Positions 19,893 through 30,603 of a DNA stretch of 32,000 nucleotides are shown piece by piece. How positions within the stretch are numbered: the stretch's first letter is position 1; every line of letters starts with the position of its first letter. The notes beneath the pieces were generated by a model. The model worked only from the letters and a program-made list of their open reading frames with translations. It was not told where the DNA came from and made no database searches. The translations under genes and the position numbers were made by a program. The stretch is from Escherichia coli (GTDB lineage Bacteria; Pseudomonadota; Gammaproteobacteria; Enterobacterales; Enterobacteriaceae), in the NCBI RefSeq assembly GCF_045037445.1, contig NZ_CP173446.1; one strand, written 5' to 3'.

Positions 19893-21077
19893 CTAAATAT
19901 CTTTAATAAACAGCAGGCAAATCATCGCAATACCCAACATCCCTATCGCCAGCCAGAACAACGCGTGGTAGCTCCAGATTTCAACCATAATTCCGTCAAC
20001 AGAGCCGGCGATAATCCAGCCGACGCGTGAAGTATTTGCATATAACGTTGTCGCAGAGCCTATTTTTTCAGGCATCAGGTCCTGAAAATAAAGCATGCCG
20101 ATACCACAGAGAATACCAAGGAAGATGGCATTTAGAATTTGCAATTCCAGCTCAACTGCCGGAGTCGTCGCCATGAGTACGCTGGCGTAAAAACACATTC
20201 CACTCACGATAGCAATGAGCATTAATAGCCGCTTGCCAATACGTTTCATGTAATAGCCTGCGATTAACATCATCGGAATTTCCAGACCGGCAGCAATACC
20301 AATCATTTCTCCAGCCAGTTTATCGGTTAGATGCAGTTCATCAATAATAAATAGCGGCATATTTATCATGTAGAGATTATTCGCCGCCCACATCATTGAA
20401 CAAACCACGAAAAGTAGCCGTGTATCCCGCTTCCTATGGGTGGAGGGTAAAATTTCTACGGGTTGGGTAACGACAGGAATATTTCTTTGTATTGATGGCA
20501 AAAACAACCAGACTATCAGCCCGCAAACAACAAATGCGATGGCTGCGGTGAGATACATCACTTTAAAACTAAATCCCATTGCCAGCTCATAAGCGAGCGG
20601 TGGCCCGATAACCCAGGCAAGCGAGATCTGAGCACGTAAAAATGTACTGAACATTACCGTCTCACGGCCTGTTCTGTCGGCGTGTTCACGGGCGAGGGCG
20701 AACATTTGCGGGTTTGCGGTGGAAGCAAAACTACTCAGAAGTACGCCCGTAGAGAGGAGAATGAAGTAGTTGCGATTCCACGCAAAAAGCGTGCAGGCCA
20801 GCACTCCAAATAAGCAACATAGCAGGATCAGTAATTTACGGTCGCCTTGTTTATCGGAGTGTCTTGCCAGAAATTGACTGACAAGAATTCCCATAATAGC
20901 GCTACCGGTGAAGAAAAAACCTACCATTATAGGACGGGCTTTCAGTTCATCTGCGAGGAATATACTTAGGGTAGGAGTCTGGAGAGCGCCCGCAATACCC
21001 GTCAGAAAGGCGACAAGTAAAAATGCCGCGGCAGTGAGATCAAGTATTTTTGATGGAGTGGTAGCCGTTTTTTGCAT
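19893..21077 (-). CDS. setC: Sugar efflux transporter SetC (MFS)
   Basis: 394 aa MFS protein adjacent to selC. Sequence features (ARHSDKQGDRKLLILLCCLFG..) are typical of the Set family. Confidence 0.9.
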   Translation of the reverse strand: MQKTATTPSKILDLTAAAFLLVAFLTGIAGALQTPTLSIFLADELKARPIMVGFFFTGSAIMGILVSQFLARHSDKQGDRKLLILLCCLFGVLACTLFAWNRNYFILLSTGVLLSSFASTANPQMFALAREHADRTGRETVMFSTFLRAQISLAWVIGPPLAYELAMGFSFKVMYLTAAIAFVVCGLIVWLFLPSIQRNIPVVTQPVEILPSTHRKRDTRLLFVVCSMMWAANNLYMINMPLFIIDELHLTDKLAGEMIGIAAGLEIPMMLIAGYYMKRIGKRLLMLIAIVSGMCFYASVLMATTPAVELELQILNAIFLGILCGIGMLYFQDLMPEKIGSATTLYANTSRVGWIIAGSVDGIMVEIWSYHALFWLAIGMLGIAMICLLFIKDI

Positions 21078-21512
21078 TCTTCTGAATCACCGGGCGACAA
21101 AATATAACTGAGTTACAAATAAGTACCAGTCGAATGAGTATTGTATTAAGAATTTTTGAGTGTCGCTGATACAACCAGAAAGCAATGCTAGCGCAATATT
21201 ATAGGGCCAGCAATTGAGATTATTAGCAAAAGCATGTTAAGAATTAATCACCGAATTTATATATTAATTATAGTAAGGCAATGAGCTATTTTTGATAGTA
21301 AAAATAAAACAAGTTGATTTGATATATTAAATGAAAAAATTAATCTTGATGACAGTCTGATTATTGGTGAAGTTTACAGGTCAGTTTTTTTCGCCAGCTG
21401 TTAAAGGAATAGAATCGTCGTATAAAAAAGGGTGTTATGGAGCGTGTAAAACAATATCTTCACCTTAATGGCGATACAGTTGGCTGAGAGCCAGCAGGGG
21501 GCAAATCACCTG

Positions 21513-21641
21513 CAAATAAACACGGCACATGCTGGCGCGCATATCGCGGATGCGTTCGAGGACAGAAGAACCGACAGGCGGATTCTTCAGTCGCTCATCG
21601 TCCATCACAAAACTTTTGATCAGGTATTCCTGAAGCCGATT
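21513..21641 (-). pseudogene. Remnant of a RhuM-family gene
   Basis: The minus-strand translation [44 protein letters not shown] resembles the RhuM core (..EYLIKGFVMDDERLKNP..PDYFDELLERIRDIRASERR.Y..). An internal PDYFDE-like segment is missing and nothing recognisable flanks it. Confidence 0.7.
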
Positions 21642-21714
21642 GAATATTGAGCAGATAGAAAATCTCTGGAATGACAGTATTACAAGGGGTTGGAGAATGT
21701 CAGAAGAGGCTAAT

Positions 21715-21809
21715 TGGCGGAAGATCACAGGAGTCGAACCTGCCCGGGACCGCTGGCGGCCCCAACTGGATTTGAAGTCCAGCCGCCTCACCGGAGACGA
21801 CGATCTTCC
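21715..21809 (-). tRNA. selC: tRNA-Sec (selenocysteine), 95 nt
   Basis: The reverse complement reads GGAAGATCGTCGTCTCCGGTGAGGCGGCTGGACTTCAAATCCAGTTGGGGCCGCCAGCGGTCCCGGGCAGGTTCGACTCCTGTGATCTTCCGCCA. It has a TCA anticodon, a long extra arm and an encoded CCA. Confidence 0.99.
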
Positions 21810-21840
21810 GCGCCTCGATTGCTACATGGAGGCGGGGCGC

Positions 21841-21846
21841 ATTATA
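21841..21846 (-). promoter_or_regulatory. Candidate -10 box of the selC promoter with a GC-rich discriminator
   Basis: The minus strand reads GCTATAATGCGCCCCGCC 32-37 nt upstream of the tRNA 5' end. No convincing -35 consensus. Confidence 0.6.
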
Positions 21847-22101
21847 GCTACTTCCTTGAGTTTCTACATCCCCCAGATCAGTTTTTTCCGCCTAATACAC
21901 GCAGCGTATTATCACGAAAGCATTATAGTTCATATAAAACCCATATTTTACAATGATATATGAGCGAAATTAACGCTACCACGATCACATAAAACAAGAA
22001 TCATAAATTAATAACCAGATATCGGAATATTCGCTCTCACAGGGATGGTTTACAAAATGCGTTATCGGTCTCAGCACCCCTATAGCATCAAGGAAAAGCA
22101 G

Positions 22102-23484
22102 ATGAAGAGTGAAGTGTTGTCCGTTAAAGAGAAAATTGGTTATGGCATGGGAGACGCCGCCAGCCACATTATTTTCGATAACGTAATGTTATATATGATG
22201 TTCTTTTATACCGATATTTTTGGCATACCTGCCGGATTTGTCGGAACCATGTTTTTGGTCGCTCGTGCACTGGATGCGATTTCCGATCCTTGCATGGGGT
22301 TGTTGGCCGATCGAACGCGCTCTCGCTGGGGTAAATTTCGTCCGTGGGTACTGTTTGGCGCACTGCCATTTGGGATCGTCTGTGTACTGGCCTATAGCAC
22401 GCCAGATCTCAGTATGAACGGAAAAATGATTTATGCAGCAATTACTTACACCCTACTTACCTTACTTTATACCATCGTTAATATCCCTTACTGCGCATTG
22501 GGTGGTGTAATCACCAATGACCCGACTCAGCGTATCTCGCTGCAATCCTGGCGTTTTGTGCTGGCGACCGCGGGAGGCATGCTCTCTACTGTGCTGATGA
22601 TGCCGCTGGTTAATTTAATTGGTGGTGATAATAAACCACTCGGTTTCCAGGGCGGTATCGCGGTCCTTTCCGTGGTGGCATTTATGATGCTGGCATTTTG
22701 TTTCTTCACCACTAAAGAACGCGTTGAAGCACCACCTACAACGACGTCTATGCGGGAAGATTTACGTGATATCTGGCAAAACGACCAGTGGCGGATTGTC
22801 GGTTTACTAACCATTTTCAATATCCTGGCGGTGTGCGTACGCGGTGGAGCGATGATGTATTACGTCACATGGATTTTGGGTACGCCGGAAGTGTTTGTCG
22901 CTTTTCTCACCACTTATTGCGTGGGTAACCTGATTGGTTCCGCACTGGCAAAACCGCTGACCGACTGGAAATGTAAAGTCACTATCTTCTGGTGGACGAA
23001 CGCCCTGCTGGCAGTGATTAGCCTCGCGATGTTCTTTGTTCCTATGCAGGCCAGCATCACCATGTTTGTCTTCATCTTCGTGATTGGTGTGTTGCATCAA
23101 CTAGTGACACCTATCCAGTGGGTAATGATGTCCGATACCGTCGACTACGGCGAGTGGTGCAATGGTAAACGCCTGACCGGGATCAGTTTTGCTGGCACGC
23201 TGTTTGTGCTCAAACTGGGGTTGGCCTTCGGCGGCGCTCTTATCGGCTGGATGCTGGCTTATGGCGGATATGATGCGGCAGAAAAAGCGCAGAACAGCGC
23301 CACGATTAGCATCATTATTGCGCTATTCACGATTGTTCCGGCGATCTGTTATTTGCTGAGCGCGATTATCGCTAAACGCTACTACTCACTCACGACGCAC
23401 AATCTGAAAACCGTTATGGAACAGCTGGCCCAGGGCAAACGCCGTTGCCAGCAACAATTCACCTCTCAAGAAGTGCAGAACTAA
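22102..23484 (+). CDS. yicJ: GPH-family glycoside symporter YicJ
   Basis: 460 aa from the Met at 22102 (the track start at 22045 is an upstream extension). GPH/MelB-like motifs, e.g. DAISDPCMGLLADRTRSRWGKFRPW. Confidence 0.95.
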   Translation: MKSEVLSVKEKIGYGMGDAASHIIFDNVMLYMMFFYTDIFGIPAGFVGTMFLVARALDAISDPCMGLLADRTRSRWGKFRPWVLFGALPFGIVCVLAYSTPDLSMNGKMIYAAITYTLLTLLYTIVNIPYCALGGVITNDPTQRISLQSWRFVLATAGGMLSTVLMMPLVNLIGGDNKPLGFQGGIAVLSVVAFMMLAFCFFTTKERVEAPPTTTSMREDLRDIWQNDQWRIVGLLTIFNILAVCVRGGAMMYYVTWILGTPEVFVAFLTTYCVGNLIGSALAKPLTDWKCKVTIFWWTNALLAVISLAMFFVPMQASITMFVFIFVIGVLHQLVTPIQWVMMSDTVDYGEWCNGKRLTGISFAGTLFVLKLGLAFGGALIGWMLAYGGYDAAEKAQNSATISIIIALFTIVPAICYLLSAIIAKRYYSLTTHNLKTVMEQLAQGKRRCQQQFTSQEVQN

Positions 23485-23493
23485 GGAACGGCA

Positions 23494-25812
23494 ATGAAAA
23501 TTAGCGATGGAAACTGGTTGATTCAACCTGGCCTCAATTTGATTCACCCGCTTCAGGTGTTCGAGGTTGAACAGCAGGGTAATGAAATGGTGGTCTATGC
23601 TGCCCCCCGTGATGTGCGTGAACGAACCTGGCAGCTTGATACGCCTTTATTTACGCTGCGCTTTTTCTCCCCACAGGAAGGTATTGTCGGTGTACGGATT
23701 GAGCATTTTCAGGGGGCGCTGAATAACGGTCCTCATTATCCGCTCAATATTTTGCAGGACGTGAAGGTCACAATCGAAAACACAGAACGTTACGCTGAGT
23801 TTAAAAGTGGCAACTTAAGCGCGCGTGTCAGCAAAGGTGAGTTCTGGTCACTGGATTTTCTGCGCAACGGCGAACGTATTACCGGTAGTCAGGTGAAAAA
23901 TAATGGCTACGTGCAGGACACGAATAATCAACGAAATTATATGTTTGAGCGGCTGGATCTTGGCGTTGGCGAAACAGTTTACGGTCTGGGTGAGCGCTTT
24001 ACTGCCCTGGTGCGCAATGGCCAGACGGTAGAGACCTGGAACCGGGACGGCGGCACAAGTACTGAACAGGCGTATAAAAATATCCCGTTCTATATGACTA
24101 ACCGTGGTTATGGGGTACTGGTCAATCATCCTCAATGCGTCTCTTTTGAAGTGGGAGCGGAGAAAGTCTCCAAAGTGCAGTTCAGCGTTGAGAGTGAATA
24201 TCTCGAATACTTTGTTATCGACGGCCCGACGCCGAAAGCGGTACTTGATCGTTATACCCGTTTTACTGGTCGTCCGGCGCTGCCGCCCGCGTGGTCCTTC
24301 GGTCTGTGGCTAACCACTTCATTTACCACCAACTACGACGAAGCGACGGTAAACAGCTTTATCGATGGTATGGCGGAACGCAATCTGCCACTGCATGTTT
24401 TCCACTTTGACTGTTTCTGGATGAAAGCCTTCCAGTGGTGCGATTTTGAGTGGGACCCGCTGACTTTCCCGGACCCGGAAGGGATGATCCGCCGCCTGAA
24501 AGCGAAAGGGCTGAAAATCTGCGTCTGGATTAACCCCTATATCGGGCAAAAATCCCCTGTCTTTAAAGAGTTACAAGAGAAAGGCTATTTACTCAAACGC
24601 CCGGACGGTTCGCTGTGGCAGTGGGATAAATGGCAGCCAGGTCTGGCGATTTATGACTTTACCAATCCGGATGCCTGCAAATGGTACGCCGACAAACTGA
24701 AAGGTCTGGTCGCGATGGGCGTTGATTGCTTTAAGACTGACTTTGGCGAACGTATTCCAACCGATGTTCAATGGTTTGACGGTTCCGATCCGCAGAAAAT
24801 GCATAACCATTATGCGTACATCTACAACGAACTGGTGTGGAACGTGCTCAAGGAAACCGTTGGCCAGGAAGAAGCCGTCTTGTTTGCTCGCTCGGCCTCC
24901 GTTGGTGCGCAGAAATTCCCGGTACACTGGGGTGGCGACTGTTACGCTAACTACGAATCAATGGCGGAAAGCCTGCGCGGTGGTTTGTCTATTGGCCTTT
25001 CAGGTTTTGGCTTCTGGAGCCACGATATCGGCGGCTTTGAGAATACCGCTCCGGCGCACGTTTACAAACGCTGGTGCGCGTTTGGTTTGCTCTCCAGCCA
25101 TAGCCGTTTACATGGCAGCAAATCTTATCGTGTGCCGTGGGCCTATGATGATGAGTCCTGTGATGTGGTGCGCTTCTTCACGCAACTGAAATGCCGCATG
25201 ATGCCGTATCTGTATCGTGAAGCTGCTCGTGCGAACGCGCGGGGTACGCCGATGATGCGGGCCATGATGATGGAGTTCCCGGACGATCCGGCTTGTGATT
25301 ACCTTGACCGTCAATACATGTTAGGCGACAACGTGATGGTTGCTCCGGTGTTCACTGAAGCGGGCGATGTGCAGTTCTACTTGCCGGAAGGTCGCTGGAC
25401 ACATCTGTGGCACAACGATGAACTCGATGGTAGTCGCTGGCATAAACAGCAGCACAGCTTCCTGAGTCTGCCCGTTTATGTGCGTGATAACACCCTACTG
25501 GCGCTGGGCAACAACGAGCAACGTCCCGATTACGCGTGGCACGAAGGCACGGCATTCCATCTCTTTAATCTGCAAGACGGGCATGAAGCTCTTTGTGAAG
25601 TGCCCGCTGCTGACGGTTCGGTGATCTTTACTCTAAAAGCAACACGTACTGGTAACACGATTACTGTGACTGGTGCGGGCGAGGCGAAGAACTGGACACT
25701 GTGCTTGCGCAATGTTGTGAAAGTAAATGGTCTGCAAGGCGGTTCGCAGGCTGAAAGTGAGCAGGGGCTGGTGGTGACGCCTCAAGGGAATGCGCTGACA
25801 ATTACGTTGTAA
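23494..25812 (+). CDS. yicI: Alpha-xylosidase YicI (GH31)
   Basis: 772 aa. GH31 catalytic region [42 protein letters not shown]; coupled to yicJ. Confidence 0.97.
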   Translation: MKISDGNWLIQPGLNLIHPLQVFEVEQQGNEMVVYAAPRDVRERTWQLDTPLFTLRFFSPQEGIVGVRIEHFQGALNNGPHYPLNILQDVKVTIENTERYAEFKSGNLSARVSKGEFWSLDFLRNGERITGSQVKNNGYVQDTNNQRNYMFERLDLGVGETVYGLGERFTALVRNGQTVETWNRDGGTSTEQAYKNIPFYMTNRGYGVLVNHPQCVSFEVGAEKVSKVQFSVESEYLEYFVIDGPTPKAVLDRYTRFTGRPALPPAWSFGLWLTTSFTTNYDEATVNSFIDGMAERNLPLHVFHFDCFWMKAFQWCDFEWDPLTFPDPEGMIRRLKAKGLKICVWINPYIGQKSPVFKELQEKGYLLKRPDGSLWQWDKWQPGLAIYDFTNPDACKWYADKLKGLVAMGVDCFKTDFGERIPTDVQWFDGSDPQKMHNHYAYIYNELVWNVLKETVGQEEAVLFARSASVGAQKFPVHWGGDCYANYESMAESLRGGLSIGLSGFGFWSHDIGGFENTAPAHVYKRWCAFGLLSSHSRLHGSKSYRVPWAYDDESCDVVRFFTQLKCRMMPYLYREAARANARGTPMMRAMMMEFPDDPACDYLDRQYMLGDNVMVAPVFTEAGDVQFYLPEGRWTHLWHNDELDGSRWHKQQHSFLSLPVYVRDNTLLALGNNEQRPDYAWHEGTAFHLFNLQDGHEALCEVPAADGSVIFTLKATRTGNTITVTGAGEAKNWTLCLRNVVKVNGLQGGSQAESEQGLVVTPQGNALTITL

Positions 25813-25826
25813 TCTATTGACGGAAT

Positions 25827-25853
25827 GCCGGGTACGTCTGAGTCGTACCCGGC
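25827..25853. terminator. Bidirectional terminator between yicI and yicH
   Basis: Perfect 10-bp stem GCCGGGTACG-TCTGAGT-CGTACCCGGC between convergent stop codons, with ATTTTT shortly after. Confidence 0.75.
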
Positions 25854-25864
25854 GAGATTGATTT

Positions 25865-27574
25865 TTACTGCACCGGCTCCGTCGACGTAACTTCACCACT
25901 GGAAACGACGCCCGCATTCATGGTTTGAGTCACTTGCTGCTTTGCGGCGTTCACGGCATGGAGTTGCCCGCTAACCGTAGGTTTCAGCGGGATATTGGCC
26001 TGAATATCGCCGCTGGCGGTAAGCTGAATATTGCCGTCGCCAGTCAACGGTAATTCAGGCCATCCCCACTGTTGCAAAATATTCACCGGCACACCGCGTC
26101 CATTCAGGCTGATATGGGTCTGACGTTGTGGCGTTTGTGAAACACTGGCGGTGGCTTCCAGAATGCCTTTTTCAGTAAATGCACTCAGTTCGCTGATATT
26201 CACCGTGCTGCTGTTGGCGGTCAGCGCCAGCGATGGGCGACGAACATCAACACGATTGAATGTCGCGGCGGCGGCATTCAGATTCGCCGAACCACTCCAG
26301 ACGCCCCATTTATGATCGGTAACCAGCGTCAGGTTGGCACCGTAACCATCGAGCGCGGTGAGCTGCCACGGGAAGTCAGGGTCGATATCAATGATCAGAT
26401 TGCGGCTGGCGCTAAATCTCTTCAGTTGCAGGCTGTTTAACCAACCCGGTGTCGTTTCCATCCACAACTGTTGCCAGTTTTTTGGCAAGGTATATTCCAG
26501 TCCGGCAATTGCCGCATCATCAAGGATCAACGTTTTCCCGTTGCGCAGCCAGTTTCCGGACGTTCTGACCATGCCCCCTTCCCAGCGGCTGGTGAACTGG
26601 CGCAGCGCTACGCCCTGCGGGGAAAATTCCGCGTTTATAATCGGGTCAAATAAATGCAGCGAACCATAAATGAACTCGCTAGCGTTCATCGACAGTTTGC
26701 CTTCCTGTGTCTGCCAGTCATCTTTACTGAAGGTCATGTTGCGCAAGCTGAGATCGAGGTCGGTCACCGCCCAGTCCGGACCTTGCAGGCGAGCGTCGAT
26801 GACTTCCAGGCGACCAATCTGCAACGACGGGACAGAGAGTAATGGCGCAAAGAAGTCGGTTAGCGATTTTTCGCTTTGTAGACGGATATCCGCCATGCGC
26901 AGATTTTCCACTTGCCAGCTGCCGTCGGCGTTACGCTGCGCGTTTCCGGTTAATGTCCCGCGGGCGATGTCGGCACCCAGGTTAGTCAGCGTAACGCGAT
27001 CGTTATCAATACTGCCTTCAATCAGTACATTGGTGGCAGGAACATCATTGAGCGAAAGCGATCCGGCACTAAACTGAATCTGCGCCTTCGTACCCAGCAC
27101 TTTACCGGCTTCTGGTGACCACGGAACCACGCCGCCATTTACCCGCTGCGCGCTCAGTTTCCATTCGCTATTCGGGCTATTAAACGCCATATCACGCAGT
27201 TGCAGACGATCGGCTTTGAACGGTAGCGGCGCGGTCTGGTCGGTGAGATTCAGCGTCCCGTTTTCCAGCAGGATGGTATCGACATGGCGTGATTCGGTCA
27301 GTTGGCGACTGCTTAGCGCAATGTCGACACTTTTGGCCACCAGGGTCGCGGGCTGACCATCACGACCAAACGTGACGTTCTCCAGCACGATATGAGATGG
27401 CGCGGAAAAACGGTGATCCATCGCCCCGAAGGCCAGATGATAGTCACTATTTTCGGAAACCCATGCGCTGATATGTTCTGCTCCCCAGCGGGTTTGCAGA
27501 AGAAAATAGAGGCCAGCGATCACCACTAACAGAGCGATGAGAATGTAGAGAAGCAGCTTCCCAATAAATTTCAT
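25865..27574 (-). CDS. yicH: AsmA-family inner-membrane protein YicH
   Basis: 569 aa from Met 27574. Starts MKFIGKLLLYILIALLVVIAGLYFLLQTRWGAEHIS, an AsmA-like N-terminus. Confidence 0.93.
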   Translation of the reverse strand: MKFIGKLLLYILIALLVVIAGLYFLLQTRWGAEHISAWVSENSDYHLAFGAMDHRFSAPSHIVLENVTFGRDGQPATLVAKSVDIALSSRQLTESRHVDTILLENGTLNLTDQTAPLPFKADRLQLRDMAFNSPNSEWKLSAQRVNGGVVPWSPEAGKVLGTKAQIQFSAGSLSLNDVPATNVLIEGSIDNDRVTLTNLGADIARGTLTGNAQRNADGSWQVENLRMADIRLQSEKSLTDFFAPLLSVPSLQIGRLEVIDARLQGPDWAVTDLDLSLRNMTFSKDDWQTQEGKLSMNASEFIYGSLHLFDPIINAEFSPQGVALRQFTSRWEGGMVRTSGNWLRNGKTLILDDAAIAGLEYTLPKNWQQLWMETTPGWLNSLQLKRFSASRNLIIDIDPDFPWQLTALDGYGANLTLVTDHKWGVWSGSANLNAAAATFNRVDVRRPSLALTANSSTVNISELSAFTEKGILEATASVSQTPQRQTHISLNGRGVPVNILQQWGWPELPLTGDGNIQLTASGDIQANIPLKPTVSGQLHAVNAAKQQVTQTMNAGVVSSGEVTSTEPVQ

Positions 27575-27694
27575 GGTCTTCCATCCCGTGAAATGCACAT
27601 AAGGGAGTTATGCACGATTTACGCGCAATCCTCAAGGCGGGAATGGTGAAAGAGGTGAGACTGCGGCGGTAATTATCTTACCGCCGCCAGTGAA

Positions 27695-29086
27695 TTACTG
27701 TTTTTCTGGTGGGAAAATCAGATTCAGCACGATGGCAGTAATACCGCCCGCGGCGATCCCGGAGGAGAGCAGGTTTTTCAGCCATTCAGGGGCAAACTGC
27801 AAAATCAGCGGCTGCTGAGACACGCCCAGACCGACCGCCAGCGACAGCGCGATAATCAGAATCGCCCGACGGTTCAGCGGCTCACGAGACACAATGCGCA
27901 CACCGGAGGCGGCGATGGTGCCAAACATTACAAGCGTTGCGCCGCCCAGAACCGGTTCTGGAATATGTTGTACAAAACCGCTCACCGCCGGGAAGAGACC
28001 CAGCACGATCAACATCAGCGCGACGACAAAACCGACATAGCGGCTGGCAACACCGGTCAACTGGATCACACCGTTGTTCTGCCCGAAGCAGGAGTTCGGG
28101 AAGGTGTTAAATACCGCCGAAACAAACGAGTTCAGGCCGTTTGCCAGCACGCCGCCTTTCAGGCGTTTCATGTACAGCGGACCGGACACTGGCTGTTCGG
28201 AAACGTCAGAGGTCGCCGTGATATCGCCAATGGTTTCCAGCGAAGTGATCATAAAGACCAGCATCAGCGGCAGCAGCAGACTCCATTCAATGCCAAGGCC
28301 GTAATAGAGCGGCGTTGGTACCATAATCAGTTCTTGCGTCATCGGTTCGTTGCTTTCTGGCAACATGCCCATAAACCACGCCAGCGCATATCCGGCCGCC
28401 ATCGCAATCACCAGTGAGGCCACGCGCAAATATGGGTTACGTTGACGGTTAAGCAGGATAATTAAGGCTAAGACCACGCCTGCCAGCAACAGATTTTTCG
28501 GTGCGCCGAAGGTGTTATCGCTCATGGCTGCGTAACCGCCGCCAATGGATGTTAGCCCCACCTGAATTAGCGACAGGCCGATAATCATCACCACAACGCC
28601 AGAAACCAGCGGCGTAATAATGCGGCGCGCCAGATGCAGAACACGGGAGATCACCATCTCGGTGCAACTTGCCAGCATCAACGTGCCGAACAAAGCCGCC
28701 ATCATGGTAGGAACATCAGCACCACCGGTTTTCAGCGCGGTACCGCCCATAATCAGCGGGGCAACAAAGTTGAAGCTGGTGCCCTGAATAGACAACAGCC
28801 CGGAGCCAACCGGACCCCAGGCCTTAATTTGAATAATCGATGCCACACCGGAGGCAAACAGCGACATACTAATAATGTGTTGCGTGTCTTGTGCCGGTAA
28901 ACCCAGCGCCTGGCAGATTAATAGCGCTGGCGTGATCACCGCAACGAACATCGCCAGCAGATGCTGACAGGCGGCAAACAGAGTTTGAGGAAGCGGCGGA
29001 CGATCTTCAAGACGGTAAATCAGTTCGCTGTTTTGAGTCTGCGCAACCGGTTGCGCATTTTCTGACTCGAGGGTGGAAACAGACAT
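27695..29086 (-). CDS. xanP: Xanthine:H+ symporter XanP (NCS2/NAT)
   Basis: 463 aa from Met 29086 ([18 protein letters not shown]). The NCS2 signature [17 protein letters not shown] is present. Confidence 0.93.
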
Positions 29087-29281
29087 CGAAAACAATCCCG
29101 TGGTAGCAAAGCGGGCATTTTAGCTGACCGAAAGATAAAAGCAAACGTTTGCCACATCCTCATCTAAATATTTAAATGAGATAAATGCACTTTTTTATAT
29201 AACTTTTGGTATTTTTCTGCTTAAAATCCATGCCATTTGTTCATTAACAGCTGAGAATTTGACCCAGGAAAGCATAACTCG

Positions 29282-29333
29282 ATACCCGTCATAGTTCATA
29301 AGTTGCCACTGCGCGATGAAGTATGACGAGTAT
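29282..29333 (+). promoter_or_regulatory. Imperfect inverted repeat upstream of gltS, possible 5'-UTR stem-loop
   Basis: ATACCCGTCATAGTTCAT / ATGAAGTATGACGAGTAT can pair at 16 of 18 positions around a 16-nt loop. It ends about 31 nt before the gltS ATG. Confidence 0.5.
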
Positions 29334-29364
29334 GAAAGAGTGATGCGGATACAAAGGAGTAACT

Positions 29365-30570
29365 ATGTTTCATCTCGATACTTTAGCAACGCTTGTTGCC
29401 GCAACGCTGACGTTGCTGCTCGGGCGTAAGTTGGTCCATTCCGTCTCCTTTTTGAAGAAATACACCATACCGGAACCAGTTGCGGGTGGTTTGTTGGTGG
29501 CGCTGGCGCTACTGGTACTGAAAAAAAGCATGGGCTGGGAAGTCAACTTTGATATGTCCCTGCGCGATCCGTTAATGCTGGCATTCTTCGCCACCATTGG
29601 CCTGAACGCCAACATTGCCAGTTTGCGTGCCGGTGGGCGTGTGGTTGGCATCTTCTTGATTGTGGTTGTTGGTCTGTTGGTGATGCAAAATGCCATTGGC
29701 ATTGGTATGGCTAGCCTGTTAGGGCTTGATCCGCTGATGGGGCTGCTGGCCGGTTCTATTACGCTTTCCGGCGGTCACGGTACGGGAGCAGCATGGAGTA
29801 AATTGTTCATTGAACGTTATGGCTTCACCAATGCGACGGAAGTGGCGATGGCCTGTGCGACGTTTGGTCTGGTGCTGGGCGGCTTGATTGGCGGTCCGGT
29901 AGCGCGCTATCTGGTGAAACACTCCACCACGCCGAACGGTATTCCGGATGACCAGGAAGTCCCGACGGCGTTCGAAAAGCCGGATGTGGGCCGCATGATC
30001 ACCTCGCTGGTGCTGATTGAAACTATCGCGCTGATTGCTATCTGCCTGACGGTGGGGAAAATTGTTGCGCAACTTTTGGCTGGCACTGCTTTTGAACTGC
30101 CGACCTTCGTCTGTGTACTGTTTGTTGGCGTGATTCTGAGCAACGGTCTGTCAATGATGGGCTTTTACCGCGTCTTTGAGCGTGCGGTATCCGTGCTTGG
30201 TAACGTAAGCCTGTCGTTGTTCCTGGCGATGGCGCTGATGGGGCTGAAACTATGGGAGCTGGCTTCGCTGGCGCTGCCGATGCTGGCGATTCTGGTGGTA
30301 CAGACCATCTTCATGGCGTTGTATGCCATCTTCGTTACCTGGCGCATGATGGGCAAAAACTACGATGCGGCAGTGCTGGCTGCGGGTCATTGTGGTTTTG
30401 GCCTCGGTGCAACGCCAACGGCAATCGCCAACATGCAGGCGATCACTGAACGTTTTGGCCCGTCGCACATGGCGTTCCTGGTAGTGCCGATGGTCGGTGC
30501 GTTCTTTATTGATATCGTTAACGCGCTGGTGATTAAGCTGTATTTAATGTTGCCGATTTTTGCCGGTTAA
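29365..30570 (+). CDS. gltS: Sodium/glutamate symporter GltS
   Basis: 401 aa. MFHLDTLATLVAATLTLLLGRKLV...GSITLSGGHGTGAAW; GGAG RBS. Located directly before convergent recG. Confidence 0.97.
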   Translation: MFHLDTLATLVAATLTLLLGRKLVHSVSFLKKYTIPEPVAGGLLVALALLVLKKSMGWEVNFDMSLRDPLMLAFFATIGLNANIASLRAGGRVVGIFLIVVVGLLVMQNAIGIGMASLLGLDPLMGLLAGSITLSGGHGTGAAWSKLFIERYGFTNATEVAMACATFGLVLGGLIGGPVARYLVKHSTTPNGIPDDQEVPTAFEKPDVGRMITSLVLIETIALIAICLTVGKIVAQLLAGTAFELPTFVCVLFVGVILSNGLSMMGFYRVFERAVSVLGNVSLSLFLAMALMGLKLWELASLALPMLAILVVQTIFMALYAIFVTWRMMGKNYDAAVLAAGHCGFGLGATPTAIANMQAITERFGPSHMAFLVVPMVGAFFIDIVNALVIKLYLMLPIFAG

Positions 30571-30578
30571 CCGATGAA

Positions 30579-30600
30579 GCGGCGGTCTTCTCACCGCCGC
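30579..30600. terminator. Terminator between convergent gltS and recG
   Basis: Perfect 8-bp GC-rich stem GCGGCGGT-CTTCTC-ACCGCCGC followed by CTTTT. Confidence 0.8.
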
Positions 30601-30603
30601 CTT

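Noticed and set aside
21111-21714. LEE or another intact pathogenicity island at selC
   Set aside because: The selC 3' side leads within 640 nt to setC. There is no integrase, esc/eae or other island gene, only a short rhuM-like scar.
21465-21791. Whole 108-aa minus-strand ORF as a functional gene
   Set aside because: Its N-terminal third is a translation through the selC tRNA. Only the middle segment resembles RhuM and lacks an internal piece.
24104-25714. Alternative-frame ORFs inside yicI (e.g. 24722..25189 + and 25633..25917 -)
   Set aside because: They lie within the strongly supported GH31 gene and show no family features, consistent with overlapping-frame noise.
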